From Octopus vulgaris (taxonomy: Eukaryota): 64,000 nucleotides of DNA. Both the position numbers and the translations under genes were made by a program. The notes under the pieces were generated by a model. It was given only the letters and a program-made list of their open reading frames with translations, made no database searches and had not been told where the DNA came from. Numbering within the stretch: position 1 is the first letter of the stretch; every line of letters starts with the position of its first letter. Of the stretch, positions 13,054-24,493 are shown piece by piece. The stretch lies in assembly GCA_951406725.2 (NCBI GenBank), contig OX597823.1, forward strand, positions 8,060,001 to 8,124,000, in the 5' to 3' direction.

Positions 13054-13124
13054 GATAATCTTAACTAATCCGAGTTTTTCAACTCACATAGTGAGTTGAA
13101 AAAATTGGATTAGCTTAGATTATC
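13054..13124. repeat. 71-bp near-perfect inverted repeat (34-bp arms, 3-nt loop)
   Basis: gataatcttaactaatccgagtttttcaactcac-ata-gtgagttgaaaaaattggattagcttagattatc, 4 mismatches. Confidence 0.9.
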
Positions 13125-13360
13125 TCTAGTTTACAAAACTTCTTAATATCTAAAAAAAGAAAAAACAAGCCCTCCTCCAAACCCCAGATTAATGACAGAT
13201 TTTTGCATGTTAGTCCTTTGTCGACTGGCTTACAAACCGTGAAACTCAGGGCAATTTCCTTTATTTTCCTCGATACGAAAAGAATAGCTAAGTATATTTA
13301 CATCTGTATAGAGTTTCACAGTGATGGTTTCACAGTGATATATATATATATATATATATA

Positions 13361-13547
13361 TGCGTAGCCGTATTTCGTCTACCGTTACGTTCTGAGTTCA
13401 AATTCCGCCGAGGTCAACTTTGCCTTTCATCCTCTCGGGCTCGATAAATTAAGAACCAGTTACACACTGGGGTCGATGTAATCGACTTGATCCGTTTGTC
13501 TGTCCTTGTTTGTCCCCTCTGTGTATAGCCCCATGTGGGTAGTAAAG

Positions 13548-13551
<4 letters not shown>
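13361..13551 (+). mobile_element. Family D SINE, 5'-truncated, flanked by (TA)n
   Basis: Matches family D from tgcgtagccgtatttcg to gtaaagaaat. Confidence 0.88.
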
Positions 13552-13587
<36 letters not shown>

Positions 13588-13927
13588 GGTTGCGTTTTCG
13601 CGACACTAAACCTGTTCCTACTTGTTTGGACATGAACTCGCCGAGAAGTGTCTGACTGAGCATACCAAATGTTCAGTTGGGAGTCGACATCCGTAGCTAA
13701 CAATTTCATACTGTGCTTCTCTTCCAGATTGTGAAAGCTTACCATAAACATTTAATCTAAATACAGTGAAAGTTTAAGACTTCATTTTTTATGGGAATAT
13801 ATGAGTTAGTTACTGTAGTAGTTTACTTTCAATTCATCTTTGGTACCTAATACATTCTGTGGTGAGAAAAATGTCTTGTAATTACGGTCAGTAGAGCAGG
13901 AGTAATTATATGACCCTGTTTTATACC

Positions 13928-14156
13928 TATTTCTTTATTACCCACAAGGGGCTAAACACAGAGAGGACAAACAAGGACAGACAAAGGAATTAAGTCGATT
14001 ACATCGACCCCAGTGCGTAACTGGTACTTAATTTATCGACCTCAAAAGAATGAAAGGCAAAGTCGACCGCAGTAGAATTTGAACTCACAACGTAACGGCA
14101 GACGAAATACCACTAAGCATTTCGCTCGGCGTGCTAACGTTTCTGCCAGCTCGATG
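13928..14156 (-). mobile_element. Family D SINE, full length
   Basis: TSD cctgttttatacc at 13915-13927 and 14157-14169. Confidence 0.9.
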
Positions 14157-14214
14157 CCTGTTTTATACCATCCCTAATTATAAACGGGTCTGAGCATTCT
14201 CCGTTAATTAAAAC

Positions 14215-14335
14215 AGTCGTGGCCTACTGGTTAGGGTTTTGCACTCACAATCACCAGTTCATGGATTGGATTCCGCGAACCGTGCGGCCATTTGTATTCT
14301 TGAAGAAACTATTTCATTTCACGTTGCTCTAGTGC
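14215..14335 (+). mobile_element. Decayed SINE head/body B fragment
   Basis: gtggcctactggttaggg..ttcttgaagaaactatttcatttcacgttgctctag. Confidence 0.55.
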
Positions 14336-14899
14336 TGTGTGGGGACCGGTATATCAAAGAATAGACCCAACGTTTTCTTTGCATGTCGTAAAAGGCGACT
14401 AGAAGAGGTTGCGGTAAGATTTGCTCTCCCGACCGCGTAATACCCTCACCAGCAACTACTACCCAAACAAACCCATAGATTGGAGGGTTGTCACCTGAGA
14501 ACGAAATCTAAAAGAGACGAGTCAACGCTTGAAAAGTAATTTAGTAAATCCCTAAGGCATTCTCAGCATAGCTGAAAGATACATATTATTTAAGCTTTAA
14601 TAAGTATTTTGCTATCCTTAGTCCTAATGGCAGCGCAACCGATTGAGCGAGAACCATCAACTTGACTTATAAGAGAGTAAGTTTTCATAATACTCTTTTC
14701 TTCGTATACTTTCTAAAGATCACAGGCACTACCAATCTACCACTTATATCTCACGCTTCTGGTTTCCTTTTGAATTTTTGAATTAGCTGTAGTTTTATAT
14801 TGGGTCAATAAATTTTCATTATGATAGTTATTTATGTAGGTCTCTTTGCAACGATAAATTTTGTATGTGTTTATAATTATAGTCAAAGCAGCAATTTAT

Positions 14900-15810
14900 T
14901 TTGGACTTTGTAACCTACAATATTTCTTTTGAAATTTGGTAAACCGCTTTTTGAAGACATATTTCGCATCGTCCTTTTAACTCTTGATTAACAGAATTTT
15001 CCATAACGTTTGTAACATCAAGCGTATTTCAAGCGTTGAAAATTTTATTTTCTAATGTTGGCTTTTATTTTGAAGTTCAGTTTAGTTCATACAAGATGTC
15101 TGTGTCAACGTGCTGCTCAAAATTAGAGCACCTAAATTAATTACTTCTAATTAGAACATAAGTTTTGTGCCATGCTTTGGATCCTGAATGCATCCAAGTT
15201 GGTTTGTGAAACTCTTTAAATTCAAAGAAAGTATTATAAGCAGACAAAGAAAGTATTATAATTCTGTACACATTCGTTGTAAAAAGACACTATTCAAATT
15301 TGATTTTGTTTCCTCACAATTTTTACCAACTTTCATATTGAAATCCCCAAGAATTACTACGTTGTCTCCAACTAAAATTTTCTGAAAAATAACTTTTAGT
15401 CGAACAATAAACAGATTCTTTTGATTCAGGAGAACCGTTAATTGTTGGTGTATAAACACTGATGAACGTTACTGAGTGACACATGATAGAGACACAAACA
15501 TAAATCTATTATTTAAACGAGATGGTAGTTCAGTAAGGTATGGCGTTAATGTTTTAACTGTCAAACTAACACCAGAGTCCATCATCAGATATCTTTTCAA
15601 TACCACTAAAAAAACAAAAAAACAAAAGTGTAACCAGAGCATATTTCGGTACATCGACACTCACCAGCAAAACAGTTTTCAGATAAGGCGACAATATCCA
15701 GCCTGTAAAGCAGTTTTTGCTTCGGAAGGTATTTATCATTCCAAGTTCTTATATACCAACAGCTAACTATAGGATCAGATAGGTTTTTTTGACAGTCACT
15801 TAATAACAAC
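14900..15810 (-). pseudogene. RTE-type LINE APE endonuclease remnant
   Basis: Minus-strand CWYIRT..LDIVALSENCFAGE..SGYTF, GVSLTVK..NNRFM and VVILGDFNMKVG motifs. Confidence 0.78.
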
Positions 15811-16008
15811 CTGGATTCAGTTCTCTTTTACTTGGAATCCCTGCCAATACAAACTTAGGAGATCGAGTTTCACAAGCTGTTTTTGATATTAACATTATTT
15901 TGAGAATTTTACATTTCATAAATTTGATTAGGATTTTGTGTTCGAAGGCTACTATCAGGCATACATTATCTAAAATAATGTATAAAATAAATAAATGTGT
16001 ATAAGAAT

Positions 16009-16011
<3 letters not shown>

Positions 16012-16100
<89 letters not shown>

Positions 16101-16111
16101 CATATATATAT
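16012..16111. repeat. (TA)n microsatellite
   Basis: Directly visible. Confidence 0.95.
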
Positions 16112-16394
16112 AACAATACTATATATTACTATATCAGGTAATTTTAAGATAATTCAACACAATTCAGTGACCTATCTATGTTAACAAGCTACATCTATGT
16201 ACGGATAAAAGCATAAAAAGAGCATGTGATTTTCCTAGCAACACACTGCCTTATTTGACTATATGTAAAAATCATACACAAAAGACCAAAGTAAACACTA
16301 TGATCATTAAGTATCGCAAATGATTGCAGAGCAAAGATACATAGATGAACAACCAGCAGGTGTATTAGTTTGACGCTCGGGAAAGTGAAAAAGT

Positions 16395-16430
16395 CTTTTA
16401 CGTTTCGAGCCTACGCTCTTCAAAAGAAAG
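16395..16430 (-). ncRNA. Decayed minimal type I hammerhead-like motif (PLE terminal repeat type)
   Basis: Minus strand cttt-cttttga-a-GAGC gtag GCTC-gaaa-cgt-a-aaag has stem I, stem II, palindromic stem III and a GUA triplet, but the core CUGAUGA reads CUUUUGA. Confidence 0.55.
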
Positions 16431-16956
16431 GAACAGGATAAAATAAACAGAGAGAGAAAAAAATATTGTGGATTTATCGGTCAAGCATGGCGAAGGAGAG
16501 AAAAATGTTGGCTGTATAATATACATATGTATGTAGTGCAAATAGGGGTCTTGTGGAGTGCGTCATGGTATATTTTAGCAACGAGGGGTAGTATGTGTGT
16601 ATGAGTGTGTGTGGGGTACTAGAGGCACTGCCAATTTATTTTCGGGTTCCGTATAAATTTACGAGAACAAGTAGAATGCATGAAATATAGGAAAGAAGGG
16701 TAAATACATAGACACATTCGCACACAAACCCACACAAACTCAAACCCACATGCGCATGTATAGGTAAAGGAAGTTTTCCTAAAACCTGTAAATATTAACT
16801 GACGGAAACTGAGTTATTGCAAGTGTAACGCCAGATGTTTTAATAATTTTATTGTCTGAGATTTGGAAATCTCGCCAGGGATTGGCCTCTTTTCTAGGTA
16901 TGCTTATAAGTATGTATATGCTTGTATGCATGCATACATGTATGTATACACACGTG

Positions 16957-16980
<24 letters not shown>

Positions 16981-16988
<8 letters not shown>

Positions 16989-17141
16989 ATTTAAAGCAGC
17001 AGAAAATTCAACAAAACCTGTTACTCTGAGTTTCCCGTTGCCGTTCATCGGACAGTTTTTGCAAAAACTGTCCGATGAACGGCAACGGAAACTCAGAGTA
17101 ACAGGTTTTGTTGAATTTTCTGCTGCTTTGAATAAAGTATA
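16981..17141. repeat. Spacer-less ~160-bp palindrome (inverted PLE-like terminal repeat)
   Basis: 80-bp arms around tttttg|caaaaa with 1 mismatch and 1 indel. The right arm continues through aataaa into a pLTR-like tail to about 17208. Confidence 0.95.
17063..17109 (+). ncRNA. Minimal type I hammerhead ribozyme variant (mirror copy on the minus strand at about 17013-17060)
   Basis: Stem I aaaa.ctgt/acag.tttt, core CCGAUGA, stem II CG-GCAA-CG, GAAA, palindromic stem III ACUC-A-GAGU. Predicted cleavage after GUA at 17100. Confidence 0.62.
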
Positions 17142-17206
17142 TTACTCTACCACTGGTATTTGAGTACTCTTTTTTCCACCTTGTTTTACATTTATGTGTT
17201 TACTCC

Positions 17207-17246
<40 letters not shown>

Positions 17247-17577
17247 ATCCGCCGCAATGGATGCATAATACTGTACATTTCGATTAATATTATAATTAGT
17301 TAATAAATCGTATGGTGTACCTCGGGTAGTTTGCCGGTAAAGCACGTTCACCGGCTCAGTGTTCGTTGGGTATTTGTTTAATGAAAGAGACGGAAGATGG
17401 CAGATACAAGAATCTTTACTTGTAGACGTGTCTTCTCAGATGATTTCAAGAGGTAACTCATTAAAATAATTTCTGTTTCGCATGATTTCTTCTTGGTCTT
17501 CGTATATAGAAATGGCAAATTAAGGTACACAACTTCATTCTTATAGAAAACCATAACAAGTATCTACACCGAGGGAT

Positions 17578-17613
<36 letters not shown>

Positions 17614-17616
<3 letters not shown>

Positions 17617-18185
17617 ATTAGGGTTCAGCTAACTGCTTCACCGCATACCGAAATTAGAAATAGGAGTTAAAAATTCCTTTTCTACTATTATAAGAATCTC
17701 CATGACGGTAAAACATACTTTTTTACGAAGGCAAAGAAAAAACAATGAATGAACACGACCAGGATTAACTATATACGCGTTTTGAGATTAAAGTAATTTA
17801 AATTTTACTTACTTCTCTCTTCAGTATAATATTTCCAATTTTTATAAAATTTGAAAGTGCTATGGCTGGATATGTACACAATCGAGCGTTATAATGTAAC
17901 AGACATCCAACCAACACTTCCAAAATTTACAGAGCCGAATGTGAATACACTATTCAAACTCTATACCCACGTGTATGCTACGAGCAATACCGCGGTATTC
18001 TATCATGGAGTAAACTATAATTTTAAACTAATAACAGAAGGGTAAAATTAATTAAAATAAATAAATTAATTAATCAATTAATTAACAATTTTACCAAGTA
18101 AATCGGTACGTTTAAATAACCTTTATAGGTAAAATTATCCACATAATTATAATTAGGGTTCAGCTAACTGCTTCACCGCATACCG
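17614..18185 (-). mobile_element. Non-coding element bounded by 38-bp direct repeats and carrying a hammerhead-like motif (PLE/retrozyme-like)
   Basis: tataattagggttcagctaactgcttcaccgcataccg at about 17613-17650 and 18148-18185, with an internal hammerhead motif at 17769-17829. Confidence 0.65.
17769..17829 (-). ncRNA. Minimal type I hammerhead-like motif with a G12A mutation
   Basis: Minus strand tata-CTGAAGA-gaga(agtaa..ttactt)tctc-AAAA-cgcgt-a-tata. Palindromic ACGCGT stem III and GUA triplet. GAAA has become AAAA at a former CpG. Confidence 0.62.
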
Positions 18186-18261
18186 TTGTTTGCATATTCA
18201 ATTTATTTGCTTTCGTATTTCATGTTGTTTGCTGTTTGTGACGTCCTGTACCCATATATGG

Positions 18262-18326
<65 letters not shown>

Positions 18327-18492
18327 CATATATATATTATTTATATTATTATTTGATTGAACGCCACGCATCCATTTCCAAGTAAGTTTATATATATATG
18401 TACCTACTTCCTTCATAACAACTGCGATATGATCCAGGGTTGGGGATGCCAAAATCTTCAGTAATGAATTCTTCTGTTATACAGGGTAAATG

Positions 18493-18525
<33 letters not shown>

Positions 18526-20709
18526 GGGGTCATGCCTCGTTGGTCGTTGAAATATAATTCTTCATAAAGTATGTGTAAGATTCGAACTATTGTTCTGTTA
18601 AATTACACTATTTAAATGTGATCCCGTTTCCTTCACGATCTATGATCTGTTGGATATGCCTTGTGCATATTCTGTAAACATTTTATTAGAAATGTTTTTC
18701 TTGTGAATGGTTGTGAATATCAATTCGTTTAGATGGAGGGCTACTTCCACCTCACAAGTCCTTGCTTTTTCATAAAAGATGGGTTCTTTCTCAGTGGAGA
18801 GTTTTCATTCTTCGTTGATGTTTATTTTTGTATTTTTCTGTTGGGCTATTTTTAGTTTGTTTTTTTAAAGAAGTCTGCTCTTCCTCACTAGTCAGAGTTT
18901 TCATAAGCTAACGTTGAGAAATAGCGGTAATTTATCCTAAAAGAAACATCCAATACATTTTAAAAATAACGAACCGTTCCCCTGGTGCCTCTAAATATGG
19001 ATATATAGTTGTATATTGGAGTTGAGGCTTCTTCATGCAAGAGTGTCCCTGATATCGAGGCCCACCTGCCGTGGTAGGAGGGCGCGATCAGGGGTGCCCG
19101 GAACAATTACACCTTTTACTCCCCCTTATAAATCCGGCTGTGTGTTGTGTGTTTGTTAATGTATCTCTCTGAGTGTACGTGTGCACATATGGGTAACCAG
19201 AAATTTCAGGCATTAGTTGTTTCAGTTGGTATATTAATGACCTAGTGTTGCCAACATCAGTGTATAGCCATCGCTTTACTTTTGTTTAAGGGAATTATGA
19301 ATTCCTTATATAGCAAGGATTCATTCAAGAAACTCGTTTGTAATCTCTCAAACTCCCAACCTAATTATATACCTTTACATCTTTATTAACTGAATATTTC
19401 ATTGTTCAATTCAAGACTAATATTGTAGAATTACAGACAATTCATCAGAGCAATTTCCAACATTAAATTAGCTCCTTAGTCTCCTCTTTACTTTCTATTG
19501 AGATTAACAATCTCCTCCACTGAAGTCTTGCTTTTTGTAGTAATTATAATCAGGACCAACCATTGGTTCAAAATCTGTCACGTGGCTAAAAACACACCAA
19601 CCCATCATACCACCTCTCGCTCTATCCATCTCATTCCCGTCTATCGAAAAATAAAGTATTACGTCAACAGTTTTTTTTCTTTCTAAACGTCTCACTAACA
19701 TTATCGATTATTGATATAGAATTGATTTTCTTTGAAACCGAAGAAAAGGAGAGGCGAAAATGGAGAAAAAAATATCAATACATTGAATAGTCTTTATTAA
19801 TTATTGGAATTATGCGTAATAACTCTTACTTGTTTGTCTCGTTTTTGTTATTTAATTTTCTTTTTTTCATTTCGGCAATGGCTTTGTTCTGTGGCATTGA
19901 AAAATGAAAGATTTATAGCATTTCTTCTGACATCAAAATAATTACTTTTTATAATATGCGAATTCTACGATGCATATTCGTGTATTTGATTCGGTTAATT
20001 ACGCGGCTCCCATAGTCTTTTGCGGATGGGGGCATCTCGTTGCTTTCGCTTTTTATATCACATTTCAGCTTTATAACAGCGTCTATTGACTCTCTAAAAC
20101 TAACCCATACACACATTTTCCCACTTTAAGCCTTGTCTTTGACATTTAAATTCGGTGCAAATTGCACTGCATTTTATTTTAAAATTACTGATAACCGACC
20201 GAATATTTAATTCTAACAAAAACGATCTGTTTCCAAACATGAGTCGATTAAGAATTATCTAAATGTTTTCAGTTATGAAAATTTATACCAAACATTTTAC
20301 TTCTAAACTCCGATCAAAAAAGACTAGTTGTGGTTTAGGTCGGGTCAGCCTTGATAAATCAAAACTAAGAGGTAGAGAATTTCAGTCATAGCCTTTCTTT
20401 TTCTTTTTCAAGAATTGGGCATGTTATGATATTACATTATCTAATTATGCTTTTTAAGACTGTAGGATGTAGTTTGAAGGACATTTAGTTGATATTATTA
20501 ACAAGGGTCGTAGGGGTTTACATCTGTACGAGTAGAAATAAACTTGAGAGTCAGTTGCAATCATTTCAGTTCGCGAACAGTATTAATAATTTCAGGATAG
20601 GTAAGTTGAAACATATATTATCTCCCTTTCTTAGGTTATTAAAGATTTACGAAATGACTTATTAGGTTATTAAAGATTCACCCTAATACACTTGTACTCC
20701 TTAATTTTT

Positions 20710-21060
20710 TTTATTGGTTTCAGTCATAATTATGCGGCCATTCTGGAGCTTCGTTTCAAGGGCTTTTAGTCGATCATGTCATCGCTAGTATTCATTTTAG
20801 TATGACTCTGTTTATGGAATAGGTAAATTTTATCTCTTTGAAAAAACAAAAAAAAAAACAACAAAAAAACAAAAACACATACACCTTCCCCCACCCCCAC
20901 AAAAGTATATATACTCTAAGGGCTTCTGCTCTCTTTTCATTTACTAAATTTCTTCTACAAAGTATAGTTAACCTGAGACTATAGTAACGAAACCGAGGGG
21001 TGAGACTGAACCCGGATCCATGTAGACTGGAAGTGAAACATGTGGCTATACTTGTGCCTC
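20710..21060 (-). mobile_element. Old decayed family E SINE
   Basis: ggtttcagtcataattatgcggccattctggagc and gactgaacccggatccatgtag match family E. Confidence 0.6.
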
Positions 21061-21211
21061 TCACTTGCATGCATGAAACCAATGCAATTTTAAGATATCA
21101 TATAGTACAAAATTTGTGGTTCTATTATTTTAAGTTTCAATCTATTTAGTGCCGTTAAGTATTTTACATAATTCCGCTTGCTTTGCCAAACGTTAACAAA
21201 TATATTGTTAA

Positions 21212-23230
21212 AACTTAGAACTTAGATAAAACTTAGATATGTTTCGACCAGAGATTGGTCCAGGCCATGTCTAACTTAATAGCACCACCTGATAGGATTA
21301 TTCGAATCCTGTTTAAGTCAAGTTTTGTTCAAGTAGTGAGTTCTTGTTGGGTGAGTTGTATCCAATTATGGGTGGCTTATCTGGTATTCTTTGAAGGAAT
21401 CTATCCAGACTGTTTGAAGTTGATGGGATCCTTTTCCTCTTTGATCTCCCTCGGGACAATGTTAAATAGGGCAGGGCCTGTTGAGGAAAAGAAATTATGT
21501 TGCAGTGTACATGTATGTTGTGATCTTGAATTTGGCAGGGGACGTATAGCCCGTGGTCCAAGTCTCGGATGAACCTTGAAGCTAATGTTTAGGTCGTTTG
21601 GGCAGAGTTGGCGGTATATTTTCCACATCGTACAAATGATGTACCGCTCACGGCGACGCTGGAGGGAGTAAAGTTTCAAGGCTTTAAGGCGATCCCAATA
21701 GTCGAGAGCAGCCATGCCTTCAATTTGTTTAGTGAGAGCCCTCTGGGGTGACTCAATTCTGGAGATGTTTTGTCTTGTGTGAGGAGACCACAGTGGGCAG
21801 CAGTATTCAAGGTGTGGCCGTACAAAGGATGAAAAAAGTGGTATGATGACACCTTGTTCTCTGGACCGGAAAGTTCTTAAGATCCAGGAACTCATCCTAC
21901 GAGCTGTATCGACCTTCTTGTTGATGTGTGCACTCCAACTGAGATCGTCATCAACAATTACACCCAGGTCTCTGATATTGTTAGAGGCTGTGAGCGGTTC
22001 CCCTGAAGGAAGAGAGTATGGTTGTTTTAGTGAGGAATTTTTCCAAAATGCATCAGCTCAAATTTTCCCTCATTCAGTTGCATTTTGTTTCTGTCTGCCC
22101 ATTGACTCACAGCATATAGGTCAGACTGGAGTTGAGTTGGGTCTGCTTCTTCATTGACGATTTGCTGGAGCTTAGTGTCATCAGCGAATATTTTCACTTT
22201 GCAGTGATGTACGACACTGGAAAGGTCGTTTACATAAATTATGAAGAGTAGCGGACCCAAAACAGTTCCCTGGGGAACACCGCTGGTGACTTTTGCTGGG
22301 TTTGAGTGGACTCCATCAACTACAACATGTTGTGGTCTATTCGCTAGGAAATACTGAATCCAGTGTAGAACTTTTCCACGGATTCCAACATTTGCCAATT
22401 TTGAGAGTAGGATGTTATGGTCTACCCTGTCGAACGCTTTACTGAAGTCAAGGTATATGACGTCAGAGTTCGAACCTGTTCCCAAGGCTTTGAGTACATC
22501 TTCAATGTGGTGTAAGAGCTGTGTTAGACAGTCCCTGCCACAGCGAAAGCCATGCTGATTTGAATTTAGGAGTTTGTGGGTCTCCAGGAAGTCAGCTATC
22601 CTTGATCTTAACACTCTTTCAAAGACTTTAATGATGTGGGAGGTGAGTGAGATTGGGCGATAGTTGACTGCGAGGGATCTGTTTCCCTGTTTGAAAACCG
22701 GGATGACCGACTGGGATAGAAACTTTTTCGGTATATAACCTGCGTCTAACGAGTTTCTCCAGAGGTTGGTCAGAGGGACTGCAAGTTGATATCTACATTT
22801 CTTCAGGAGACTGGCGGGAAATCTATCAGGGCCTACAGCAGAGTAATGTTTGACCTCATTTATTGCTGCTACGATGTCGGTGGCAGTGAAGGTTATGTCT
22901 GCGATTTTGTGTTGGGAGTCAGCTTCGTTCGTTTCCCTCACATCAATATCAGTGGGAACACTGAAGACAGAGCAATATTGTTTCTGCAGTATTTCTGCCA
23001 TTTCTTTAGCATCGTGTTGGGGAATGCCGTTTTCATCAATCAATGGCCCAATAGGTGAGACAGTGGTTCTATGCTTATTTGCATAAGAATAGAACACTTT
23101 TGGGTTCTGTTTGATGTTTTTGATTACCCATTGTTCCTCCACAGCTCTTTGATTTTCAATGGAGGTTTTCATGTTAGTCTGCAGATGAAGTTTTTCCAGC
23201 TCTAGTCTTTTCATTGTTGTTGAATGTGGA
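21212..23230 (-). mobile_element. 5'-truncated young CR1-group (CR1/L2/Crack-like) LINE
   Basis: RT ORF, 3' UTR stem-loop (gacca..tggtc gaaac) and a short tandem-repeat tail (tctaagtt)n. Confidence 0.9.
21313..23214 (-). pseudogene. LINE ORF2 reverse transcriptase with two frameshifts (about 22040 and about 21410)
   Basis: YRPISLTS, QHGFR, YLDFSKAFDRV, SGVPQGTVLGPLLF, IFADDTK, RDLGV, VRPHLEYC..WSPH, LYSLQRRRER. No in-frame stop over 395 aa. Confidence 0.92.
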
Positions 23231-23431
23231 TGTTGCGTGTGGGAATATTTTAATTGGTTGATTTTTTTGTTTGTATTGTTTCAGATTTAGAATTATTTCT
23301 TATAAAAATTTATATATAATTTATTCATAATCTCTCTCACTAGCTCTTTTTCTAACTTTGTATCATCAAATTATCACCATCCATCATGGCCATCGTTGTC
23401 GTCACCCCACCCATTATATTACTTGTATATA

Positions 23432-23838
23432 TTCTCTTTTACTCTTTTACTTGTTTCAGTCATTTGACTGCGGCCATGCTGGAGCACCGCCTTTAATCGA
23501 GCAACTCGACCCCGGGACTCATTTTTTGTAAGCCCAGTACTTATTCTAGCGGTCTATTTTGTCGAACCGCTAAGTAACGGGGACATAAACACACCAGCAT
23601 CGGTTGTCAAGCAATGCTAGGAGATAAACACAGACACACAAACACACACACACACATACATATATATATACATATATACGACGGGCTTCTTTCAGTTTCC
23701 GTCTACCAAATCCACTCAGAAGACTTTGGTCGGCCCGGGGCTATAGCAGAAGACACTTGCCCAAGATGCCACGCAGTGGGACTGAACCCGGAACCATGTG
23801 GTTGGTAGACAAGCTACTTACCACACAGCCACTCCTGC
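23432..23838 (-). mobile_element. tRNA/CORE SINE family E with internal microsatellite
   Basis: Head ggagtggctgtgtggtaag..gggttcagtccc, CORE-like cttgggcaagtgtctt. Second copy at 27187-27607. Confidence 0.88.
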
Positions 23839-23942
23839 ATTATACATTATATTACCTTAATCGACCAAAGTGAGGGATGAACCACGGTTAGATTGAAATT
23901 CAGAAGTTAAAAAGGATTGTAACTTAAATCGAGTTGTAATTT

Positions 23943-24493
23943 TTAGATCGAGTTTCCTCGACCTGCACAGACGTTCCTCCAAAAGTCCCTATCCTCCCTT
24001 GACGACTTCAACTCGGTTACTGACAGGTCGCTGTCCATCACTAGTCTGTCAACGTATGTCGTAGCCGGTCGGCCTCTTCTCAGAGTAACATATCCCCTGA
24101 TGCATTCGTTCCTGGTCCGGGAGCAGTGCCCAGCAAAAGGGAGTCTCCTATTCTGACCATCTCTGTTATCGTGGGGAAGGTCCCTGTAGAGGTCCCAGTA
24201 CTGGTCACCCTTTTTTGCCCTTCGATATTCAGTGCGTGTCGGAGTATGCTGGTGTAGCATCCGTCGAGTTGGTCCTGCAAAACTTTTGCCAGGGTCCAAG
24301 TTTCAGACTCATAAAGTAGCAAACTTCCAACCGTAACTTTGAAGAACGTGATTTTTTATCTTCTTTCGAGCAAAGACTGCCAAATCTTGTCTAGTTTGCT
24401 TGATGGCATTTCAAGCTTGGACCTTTCTTGTCTCGTGTTCTCTCTCTGCTGAGGATAATCATGCACTGAGATATTTGAAGTCTTCTCGCAGTC
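23943..24493 (-). pseudogene. RTE/RTEX-like LINE 3' fragment
   Basis: LLYESETWTLAK..LDGCYTSILRHALNI, RRLPFAGHCSR, RRGRPATTYVD..DRDFWR. Confidence 0.82.

Noticed and set aside
18415-18465. Minus-strand CTGAAGA followed by a possible stem (fourth hammerhead candidate)
   Set aside because: No GAAA and at least three core changes would be needed.
18540-19000. Possible Penelope RT remnant on the minus strand
   Set aside because: Only vague similarity, with no diagnostic motif readable.
19555-19590. CCAAT box plus CACGTG E-box resembling a promoter
   Set aside because: Short motifs expected by chance and no associated gene.
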